A stretch of 64,000 nt of DNA, taken from assembly GCA_946965045.2 (NCBI GenBank), contig OX337230.1, positions 4,092,001-4,156,000 of the forward strand, read 5' to 3'. Position 1 is the stretch's first letter. Each line of letters starts with the position of its first letter. The position numbers and the translations under genes are program-made. The DNA is from Epithemia pelagica. Taxonomy: Eukaryota > Protista > Bacillariophyta. Below the pieces are notes generated by a model that saw only the letters and a program-made list of their open reading frames with translations, did not search any database and was not told where the DNA came from. This document shows positions 54,504 to 64,000 of this stretch, piece after piece.

Positions 54504-55042
54504 AATCTGCTGTGACACGTTGCTACGTGTATTAGGCGTATACATAAATTGGCTAGCTATACGATTATAGCAAAGAACAACATGAGCTACTATGGGCTTT
54601 TGGATTGATTGTGGTCGTGACCCAGAAGTTGTAAATGTCCCTCTCCGTCACCCTTGTCATGACGCACGGGTCCTTTTTTTCTGGGGCCTCGTCGTCGTCA
54701 CCCAGGCAATTCCCAACCGCTCGCAGCAAAAGCTGCATGCCACAACCAGTTCGTCGCTGTCGCAGGTCTTGTTGGCGCGATGACATTCTTCGCAAGTCAA
54801 CATGGCATCTGGAGTAGCCTTCACAATCCAAGAACGGTAACAGTGTTATTGGGACAGTCAATAGCGCAACGAATGGGCACATTGTCCTGGAACGGTTGAC
54901 TTGTGTGTACTACAACATGTTGCTTCCTTTGGAGATCATGCGAATCCTATACTAGTTACTTCGTCCGTAAGGTAAAAAGATCACTGCAATGTAGTCGTCA
55001 AAAGCCCAATTTGATCACAACAACCCACAACAAACACAAGTG

Positions 55043-56191
55043 TTATCCTTCCATTGCCGCAGTGGCATCTCGGATAGCCATTCCTTTCCATTGGTGATAC
55101 CTTCCGTCCTCTGGTTGCTGCTCACAGAGTCGTTGAAAGCACCATGTATTCTTGTCCATGAGTGACAGGGTCGAACAGGTAGAATTCCCTTCTCCACCAA
55201 TAATGGCAACTTGATTGGCCACCGTCACCATACTGCAACCATTGCGGTGATTTGTTAGTGATGGGAGATTCCACAAGAGATTGCGGTTCGTATCCAATAC
55301 TTCCACGGTTGGATGTCCTCCCGCCACAACCAGACAGGATCCCACGGCAACCACTGCACAAGAAAAACATCGTGTCTCGGAAAGCACCATATCGGAATGA
55401 GTGCTCCAAGTAGACGCGAAGGTAATGACTGTAGAAGCATCAGTCTCCTCCTCCTTTTTATCCGCACCGTTCCGAGGCTTTGAAAAGTCCAAAGATTCCA
55501 CCGAGCTAAGTTTGTAATAGCAACCGACAAAGATGCGGTGGCCAATGACCCCACTGGCATAGCACAATCGTGGAAGGTTCATGGATGGTCCCTCAACCAC
55601 AGTGTGATTGCTGGTATCAATAATATCCACCGACCTCATGGCTCGTCCCATGTTGTCGCGTCCACCCATTACAACAATATATCGATCGTGAACCGCAACA
55701 GCACAACATCCTAACCGTTGTGTTGATAGTCGACAATTCAATGTCGTCCAATTGATCTCGTGTGTGCTGCTTGTTGTGAAAAATGATTGTAGTAAATCAT
55801 TGGAATCAATTCGTTCAATACAATCTAAAACTGATCTTTCACTGCATCCTCCCATCACGTAGACACTTCCATTGCAAACGACAGCGGCATGTTCACAGCG
55901 TGTCTTATTCATGGGTGGTCCTTCTCGCCACTGCTTGTTGGATTCTGCTAAATTTAATACAAGAACGGAATTCATGGGAACGTAAAATCGTTGAACTCCT
56001 CCCAACACGACAACCGTTTGCCCCTTGTTGTTGGTATCGTTGTCCTTCTCGGGATGGTTCAGTACGGCCGAAGCATGTTCGCTACGCCATCCACCCACAA
56101 GAGGAGGCCAATCGGTTTCATTCCATTCTGCTGTCTCGTCCAAAAGGACAAGGCCCGACTGCCATGCTTGTTCTTTCAGTGTCATGCTCAT
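55043..56191 (-). CDS. Kelch-repeat protein K6 (open frame, 382 aa)
   Basis: Family N- and C-termini and Kelch GG units. Its 5' flank is shared with K2. Confidence 0.92.
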   Translation of the reverse strand: MSMTLKEQAWQSGLVLLDETAEWNETDWPPLVGGWRSEHASAVLNHPEKDNDTNNKGQTVVVLGGVQRFYVPMNSVLVLNLAESNKQWREGPPMNKTRCEHAAVVCNGSVYVMGGCSERSVLDCIERIDSNDLLQSFFTTSSTHEINWTTLNCRLSTQRLGCCAVAVHDRYIVVMGGRDNMGRAMRSVDIIDTSNHTVVEGPSMNLPRLCYASGVIGHRIFVGCYYKLSSVESLDFSKPRNGADKKEEETDASTVITFASTWSTHSDMVLSETRCFSCAVVAVGSCLVVAGGHPTVEVLDTNRNLLWNLPSLTNHRNGCSMVTVANQVAIIGGEGNSTCSTLSLMDKNTWCFQRLCEQQPEDGRYHQWKGMAIRDATAAMEG

Positions 56192-56696
56192 GGTTCCAAA
56201 CGTTCACTGCAGAATTTATAATTTATGATTCGTCGGTTTGCTGTTTGCTGTGCTCCTGCAGTGATGCTGATGCTGATGGGTGAGGACCGGAAGCACGACT
56301 GATTTCACGAGAAATGGATGGTTGGGTTTGAAACGGAGGTGTCTGTCGGTCATAGGAGTACCTCGGTCGAAGTCAACGAATCGAAAACAAAACACAGATA
56401 GGGAAAACTGTGGGAGAACCTATCCGACAAAATGACGTTACTCAGTAGATCATGCGGCACAACAAGATGACGTGCCGTTGCCATGGTCGGCCTCCCTGCA
56501 TTCGAAACGGCACAACAGAGTACTCGTAAATCCGGGTACCAGAAATAATAATCCACTCCGTCAAGTTTTCCGCGACCGGCTCTACAAAATCACAAGAAAA
56601 AACACACTGCACCCCCGAATTTTGAATTCCTTGGAGCAAAAGATGCTTTTGTATACAACGGAATCAAAAAATCAGTCTTGGTCGACAATGTTGCGT

Positions 56697-58200
56697 ACGG
56701 CAATGAAGGCTGGTTCGACACACTTGCGAAAAATTGAAACTACGGTACCGCCGGATTGCAACGAATGGCTTGCCGATTTGATTGACAGAAGGACTCCGTT
56801 ATGGAGAGACTGTCTCTTTTTTTGCGCTGCGATACGGAGAGGCGTTGGCAACCCTTGAATATAACGGTGCAACTGGTAGTTCCGACCATCCACGCGCACA
56901 CAGCAACGAGTCAAACTTTGAATACACCCGAGTTGCGGAAAACTTTGAGATTATTTCGGGTATGGATGGTCTTTTATTTGGCGAGCAGCTATGCATGGTC
57001 CCGGTGAAGGGATGCTTCAGCAAGGCTCCTCTTGTCGGTTTGAACGAAGCGGACGTTCAGACGGTTGTACACGATACTCGTCAAGATGCCGTCAATATTT
57101 GCAACATCATGCTTGGAGGAAGGGAACACAGTATTGGTGTGCAGAGAAGGAAATTTGTTTACAAATCAACCTGATCATTCAAGGCCGATTTGTAAACAAA
57201 TTTTTCATCTCTGCACACACAAACAGAGTGTGCCTGTGGTGAAGGTCCAAGAGAAACCGGGAGACGCAGCGGTAGACGACAATCGAGTGCACGGTCAACC
57301 ATTCGACCAGCTGCTCAATACTGTGCTGTTAAAGCACAAGGGAAACGCCATTGGCGTCATAACGTCTATCAAGAAAACCCGCGTTGCTTGGATTGGGGAT
57401 GAGGCGGACCGCATTGTGGAGGAGGGTTCCTTTCTCTCCCTGGAAAAGTTGCGCGAATGCAGGAACCGATTGCCGACAAGGGACGTGGTGCCATTGTCAA
57501 GGAAAACGGAAGAGTACGCACAACAGCAAAACGGCGGTATCCAGATGCAAGTTTCAGCAACACATCATCGTAACGCGAAAAAGGCCCGAATCGAGGTCAA
57601 ACGAGAATTGGTTTTGTCGCGTCCTTTCCAAGCGAATGATCTCCTTCGTGTTTTCTGCAATCTCATCATTGCTGGTATCCTTCTACACGATCCCGACACC
57701 GGTGGATCGTGCCACAGTGACACGCCAGTGGACATTCCGGCATGCGTGGTACTTCATCCTGGGGGAAAGGCGCCCATGCTGGAAACCCTCGTTTTTCGGG
57801 ACTTGCGACAAAGGTCGCCAGCTCAATGGGTATTGTTCCGTCGCCCAAATATTTTCTGGGAAAGGCTTTGCTCTTGTTCGACTTGGAACGTTTTTTCGAG
57901 CGGTGACGCATGCCGGGGATGAATTTGTTGTGAAAATGGACAGTCTGGAGTACCATGTGGATGGCACTCGAGAATATACATTTTCATGTCACATTCATGA
58001 TGGGCAAAAGATTATCGATTTCGATTCAAGAGGCTTGGAGGCCGTGTCACGAAAAAAAGGATGTAAAACAAAGTATATCCTGAGCTTGCTCAACATGTAT
58101 GGGTCGAAAAGCTTTGCGGGCGGCACTGCTTGATTCTTCCTCTTTTTTTGAAAATGTGCCCAACGCTGATCGAGAATCCAAGGTAGCCGATGTTGGCGCA
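56697..58200 (+). pseudogene. Degenerate nuclease+kinase (CR-like) gene, copy 2, inverted relative to copy 1
   Basis: ALRYGEALATLEY, LFTNQPDH, VHGQPFDQLL and GVITSIKKTRVAWIGDEA are colinear with 48950..50536, but spread over several frames. Confidence 0.6.
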
Positions 58201-58325
58201 CTAACGGTTAGCTTGTGTGTACTACAACATGTTGCTTCCTTTGGAGATAATGCGAATCCTATACTAGTTACTTCGTCCGTAAGGTAAACAGATCACTGCA
58301 CTTAGTCGACAAACGCCCAATTCTA

Positions 58326-59510
58326 TCACAAACAACAACAAACACAAGTGTCATCCTTCCGTTTCGCACGGTCAATATTGGTTGCCGTATTGGCATCTCG
58401 GATACGTCCCATTTCTTTCCATTGGTGATACCATCCGTTTGGTTGCTGCTCACAGAGTCGTTGAAAGCACCACGAATTCTTGTCCATGAGTGGCAGTGTC
58501 AAACAGGTAGAATTCCCTAAACCACCAATAATGGCAACTTGATTGGCCACCGTCACCATACTGCAGCCATAGAGGCCATTTTCTAGTGATGGGAGATTCC
58601 ACAAGAGGTTGCGGTTCGTATCCAATACTTCCACGGTTCGACGAGTTCTTCCCGCCACAACCAGACAGGATCCCATGGCAACCACTGCACAAGAGGAAGC
58701 GGAAATCACCATATCTGAATGAGTCCTCCAAGTAGATGAGAAGGAAATGACTTTATCATCTTTCTTTGCCTTTGTCTTCTTATTCTCGCCGCAAGTCTTT
58801 GCAAATTCCAAATACTCCACCGACTCCTCCTCACGGCCTCCACCGACAAAGATGCGGTGGCCAACGACCGCACTGGCATAATACAATCGTGGAACTTTCA
58901 TGGATGGTCCCGCAGTGACAGTATGATTGCTAGCATCAATAATATCCACCGACGACAAACTACGCCTGTTCCAGCCACCCATGACAACAATATATCGATT
59001 GTGAACCGCAACAGCACAACATCCATATCGTCCCGTTGATAATCTACATTTCAATGTTGTCCAATAACTCTCTTGTGTGGTTCTTGTTGTGAAAGATGAT
59101 TGCAGTAGCAAATCATTGGAATCAATCCGTTCCATACAATTCAGATATCCTCCTTCTCTATTGTATCCTCCCATCACGTAGATGCGTCCGTTGCACACAA
59201 CAGCGGCAGGTTCTCGACGACTCTTGTTCATGGGTGGCCCTTCTCGCCACTCCCTGTTGGATTCTGCCAAGTTCAATACAAGAATGGAATCGAGGTCGCC
59301 TTGACCTGTTTGATATCCACCCAACACGATCACGGTTTGTCTCTTGTGGTCGTTATCGTTCTCCGAATCGAGATGATTTAGTACGACCGAAGCATGCTGC
59401 CTACGCCATCCACCCAAAAGAGGAGGCCAATCGGTTTCATTCCATGCTGCTGTCTCGTCCAAAAGGACAAGGCCCGACTGCCATGCTTGTTCTTGCAGTG
59501 TCATGCTCAT
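58326..59510 (-). CDS. Kelch-repeat protein K7 (open frame)
   Basis: MSMTLQEQAWQSG start at 59510; Kelch GG units. Confidence 0.92.
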   Translation of the reverse strand: MSMTLQEQAWQSGLVLLDETAAWNETDWPPLLGGWRRQHASVVLNHLDSENDNDHKRQTVIVLGGYQTGQGDLDSILVLNLAESNREWREGPPMNKSRREPAAVVCNGRIYVMGGYNREGGYLNCMERIDSNDLLLQSSFTTRTTQESYWTTLKCRLSTGRYGCCAVAVHNRYIVVMGGWNRRSLSSVDIIDASNHTVTAGPSMKVPRLYYASAVVGHRIFVGGGREEESVEYLEFAKTCGENKKTKAKKDDKVISFSSTWRTHSDMVISASSCAVVAMGSCLVVAGRTRRTVEVLDTNRNLLWNLPSLENGLYGCSMVTVANQVAIIGGLGNSTCLTLPLMDKNSWCFQRLCEQQPNGWYHQWKEMGRIRDANTATNIDRAKRKDDTCVCCCL

Positions 59511-59883
59511 ACTGTTCATTCCAACAGGTAACCGTCGAACAAAAAGTATAATGAGCAAATCACGTGGAAGATTATATTGTGGTTATTGAGAGAACGGAAG
59601 TGTCTGCTCGTCATAATAGGACTATGTAATACAATCGAGCAAAGCACGATGGAAATGGACAATTGGCTTTTGCGCCAGACAACAAAGTACTCGTATTTCC
59701 GGGTTCGCGCACGCTACCCTCGTAGGAGTATATAGGTGTAAAACCTCATACTCCTAGCAACAAAACTGGGTATAGAAGTACTTGAGAATATGAATGGATG
59801 TGAATACTCCTAACTTTGAAACTGCAGCTGCCACAATAGTATATACATTTGTTTTCCTTCTAGGCACCATAATGCCATCTATC

Positions 59884-60458
59884 TTACTTTGTTTTCTTGG
59901 TCGTCGTCGTCGTCTTCTTTTTAGGTACCCGTGCTTTGCGAAGGAGAGTCTCCAAGTCATCGGATTGCGCCAATTGTCCCAATTCCCGACATCCACCACT
60001 GCATGTGCCTCCACTGAACACCATTGGGAGACTGGTGGCACCCGATTCCCCTTCCTTGGCCAATTCGACTCGCAAGGCGGATTCTTGGCCTCCCCAAAAT
60101 AAGAACCATTCGGCACCCAATTTCGTTGGAACAAAGTCATATCCCGTCGATTCCAAGAGTTGGACCGCTTCACTACGAAAGGGACTTCATCCAAAAGTAT
60201 AAATCAACGCCTGATTCTTTTTCTTCTTGTCGGCTTGGAGTTGCGCGACGGCCGCTTGTGGATCTTCCTCCGATCCCAACCGAGTGGCCTGAATCCCAGC
60301 TTGTGCCTTGAATCCGTATGTGTGTCGCAACAAATGCATTCCTTGTGCGGCCGTTTGAATCACGGGATTGGGAGCGTACGCATGGGTCGCAGAGACTGAG
60401 AAGATCAGAGACACCAAAGGGCCGCCACGACGGCACTCATACTCACGAACACAGCCAT
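59884..60458 (-). pseudogene. Glutaredoxin-like copy G3 (inverted)
   Basis: Colinear with G1. It has a frameshift in the signal peptide and TGA replacing the Trp of GWSPF. Confidence 0.85.
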
Positions 60459-61181
60459 TGTGCTACGACTGACGAATCTTTGATTGTTTACTTGTAGATA
60501 CCATGAATTGGCCATAGCTATGCATACTATCTTCTACCAAGCAGTCACGCCTCGTAAGCAGGGTCTGGAAGTCATTTTATGTGCCATCTAAACTTGAATG
60601 TAGATTGATTATTCACTTTTCCAATCAGTTTAGAATTAAATTAAGAATTAACGATTCACTTCACGACATATACACAATTGAATTAATCTTGAAAGTGTAC
60701 TAATTTACGGATAGTAAATGAACTTAATTACCAAAGTCAATTATGTTTACAATCAATAAATTCACTTAACTTTACTATTCCCCTATTTCATACCCTTTGA
60801 ATTGAATTCAATCCCCAATTCCCTTTTCGAACCAATTGGAATTAAATTCCAATCCCAATTCCCTTTTCGAACGAATTTGAATTGAATGAATCATTCTCAA
60901 TTCACACCACCATTCAGAACAAATGAATTACACATTCACAAATTCCATTCATTCTCTGAATTATGACTCACAGTCACACACTGTACTCCTTATCCTTTCT
61001 CCACCATTATAGTCGTACAACATACAACTAAGAAGATGTTAGGTACGCCTGTATGTTTCAGTATCGACAAACAGCAACACACTCCTTTGTGGAACTTGTC
61101 CATATTCCTGATGTCTTCCATCTTACACTATTGTACATCGTATACTCTCAGTCGTCACATTTTATCGTACTTATTGTCTCA

Positions 61182-63110
61182 ATGAGCTCCCAACAATACC
61201 CAAGTAGTTGTCGCCCAACAATATCTTTGTCAAGCATATGCTCTCCTGTTGTTTCTCTCTCTCAAGCTCCACACTCATTTTTCAAATTCATTCGAGAAGA
61301 ACTCCCAGACTTGTCAACCATGTCTTTTGATTTGAGAATGGAAGCAATACAAGACACCATTCTTGTTTGGCTCATTCGAGAAGATGCTTCAATTCGCTAC
61401 ACTTCGTGCTCTCTTGATATTCTGACAAGCCATCCATGTCAGATCAAGCCATCTCTTTCTATGGACCAATCCATCTACCTTATCTCATTACTGGTTCACC
61501 ATGGTTTATATCCCTCGCAAGAAATTCCCACCAACTTCCTGTTGAGCAACCCCAAGTTCAAAATGAGCCGGCCTAAAGATGATTTCCCAATATTGCACCT
61601 CCACTGCAGCTGTCAACCTATATACGAAGTCAGCACCGAAGACATTGGATACAAAGAAGCAATTGAATATGTATTGTTGAATGGGCAAATTGATACTCAA
61701 GAAGACCTCAATGTTCAATCGATGGAAGACTATACTCTGGAGTGGATGATACATCGTGATGCACTCATTTCTGTTTCTACATCACACAACAGAACAATTC
61801 ACCCAGTCTCTATCGATCCTCTCTTACAATGCATTGCTACATCAATGTTGTCCCAAATATCCAACAAGATTATATCCCAAGGAGATCCAACCATTCTGTC
61901 TACTCCAGTAACTACTCCTCCAGATTCGATTGAACCTGCTAATTCCTTCCCCATTGATGGACCATCTCCACCCACATCACCATCTCAATCGACAAAACCA
62001 TCTCCAGTCAATGCAAAACACAACTCATCATCACAAGAAATCGCTGTTGCAAAGCCAAAACCTGACACTCCGACAAAGCGATCTTCTGTTGCCAAACACA
62101 GCAACCCACCATATTCTCAGATTATGACTCGCAAACAATATGCCACCGCCGCCAACCTCCTCATTAAAGCATCCAGAGCAAGGCGACAAATCTGCTACAA
62201 AGATAAGAACAATATTCGACACATGCCTGGTCAACCTGTTCGTTTGAAACCCAATGATCTCTCCTTGTACAACAAAACAAAAAGTTGCCCCCCCACAATA
62301 TCTGAACAGACTTTGAGAAAGAGGGTTGTTGACTTGCAGTATTTGAAAAAGCTTCATGAACATTTCCTTTCCAAAGGTCTGGAAGCTCCAAGAGACAGTT
62401 GGGAAGACTGGATTAACGACCATCTCTCACCAGAATCCGACCGAGCCTTCATGTGCTTGGTTGTGATTCTTATGAGTTCCAACACAAGCGACAAACAATT
62501 TGCTAAAGTGGTACCCACTTTGTTCCAATGTGGGTTTGTCTCTAGTCGGGCAACCAGTGACATTGCACTCAACTATGGGATGAACGCTGTATGTTCCCTA
62601 TTGGCAGAGACTGGTCTATATTATAAGAATGCTGAGGCTATCGTCAACGCAGCAGACTACTTCATCCAACGGCATTCTGGAATTATACCAGAAACCATTA
62701 CGATGCAAGAACTAATGTGTCTGCATGGGGTTGGGTACAAGACTGCCACAATTGTCTTGGCATTTGCATTTTAAAGAATTGACGGAATTCCAACTGATGT
62801 GCATGTACATCGCTGCTCTCGAGCCCTGGGATGGATCCCCAAATCATGCAACGACCCAGACATGTGCTCGGCTTTGTTGGAGTCTTGGATTCCAAAGGAG
62901 TACTGGGAATGGGTCAACCCAATGTTTGGAGCGCTCGGGCAACTAATACAAGACCCAAAGACACGTCACCAATGTTCAGAAATCCAGATGGATTTCACAG
63001 TCCGTCGTCTTGACAAAGACCATAAGAAGAAACTCTTAGACAGCAAAGAGATCTACAACCTACACAACAATTTCCTTCATTTGTATCGGTCCTATTGCAG
63101 TTCCTCATGA
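61182..63110 (+). pseudogene. Endonuclease III (HhH-GPD)-like gene with long unique N-terminus and one in-frame TAA at 62772-62774
   Basis: LVVILMSSNTSDK, LAETGLYYKNAEAI, LHGVGYKTATIVL, then in the same frame after TAA RIDGIPTDVHVHR..WEWVNPMFGALGQ. The start is uncertain. Confidence 0.75.
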
Positions 63111-64000
63111 GTCAATTTCTTATTAGTTACTATCTGTTTTTCCTTGTTTGTTCTTTTTCTTTTTGGTTCTCGCATGTATCTTGTATGTAGTCGTTCTCGC
63201 ATGTAGTCGTATGTAGTCTTTTTCGTTTTCTGTTCCGTCATGTTCTGTATTTATCAGTGGTCTTCATTACTGTTATTGGTGCGGCGTCGCGGACTTGTCC
63301 TACGTTGTTGTTGTCGTTGTTCTTCTTGCTGCTCTCCGATGTGTTCTGCAGGAGGTGGTTTCTTTGCTCTCGACGATTTGGACTTGGACTTTGTTCGAGA
63401 TGCCGATTCTTGAATGGATTGTTGGCGCACTCTTTTGGAAGATGCACTCGTTTGAGTTGTTGCCTTCCTTTTTGATAAGGTGGTGGATCGTTGGGTTGTT
63501 GGTGTGGTACTGTGCGTAGCAGGAGTTGTCGTCGAAACGATTCCTGTCACACTTCCTTGAACACTAGCACTGTGTTAGAATTCTCACCGTCTATGGTGGT
63601 TAGATTCTACATCTCATCGATTCCCCATGTCACATAGCCTCGTGCTATCACATCATGCCATCTAGCTTCGAGCTATGTTCCCTAGCTTTGCGCTATATCG
63701 ACCTATATTTCTTCGCAAATCATGAAAAGTGAGAATAGATTGACGAACTCACTCTCAAGACTAAACTGGGTCGTGCGGTATTACAACGGACATAAATTTG
63801 GCCGTTGCTCGGATATTATACTAACGCCCTAAGCGTACGCGCCCGAAATCATCGAGCGCGCCCAAGCGACATCCGAGCGCTGTCGGCATCTATCCGACCC
63901 AACGGTCTAAGTATCCCAAGCACGACACACGATCACGCGAGACCATATTTCCATTCCCACAATCTCCAAATTGTCAACAAGCTGCGCGCCATGAAAACAA

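Noticed and set aside
63571-64000. TGTTAG... as the start of another LTR
   Set aside because: No second copy or retroelement ORF is present in the window, so it cannot be tested.

Overview
Eukaryotic genomic DNA, most likely from a pennate diatom. This is inferred from CoDi-type Ty1/copia elements, short GT-AG introns, an ASAFAP-like plastid-targeting motif and a diatom-type TKL kinase. The window is a rearranged, duplication-rich region. It contains two young full-length Ty1/copia insertions with apparently identical LTR pairs and 5-bp TSDs, one inside a Kelch gene and one inside a glutaredoxin-like gene. It also has at least 7 paralogous Kelch-repeat genes or pseudogenes, 3 glutaredoxin-like copies, 2 annexins, 2 degenerate nuclease+kinase (Crinkler-like) copies, MoaC, a methyltransferase, a TKL kinase and an endonuclease III-like ORF with an internal stop. 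Three observations stand out. (1) Copia element A (2737-8868) has no tRNA-type PBS; the 14 nt after its 5' LTR are perfectly complementary to a segment inside the LTR, with Tf1-like self-priming geometry, and it carries an extra ORF coupled to gag-pol by TAATG. (2) A spliced ~2426-aa gene (17173-24538, minus) fuses ACBP, a DegT-type PLP aminotransferase, fatty acyl-CoA reductase, DHAP acyltransferase and alkyl-DHAP synthase, a one-polypeptide ether-lipid assembly line. (3) Copia element B (30194-39241) has non-canonical AG...GT LTR ends. All domain calls come from motif recognition by eye; no database searches were run.
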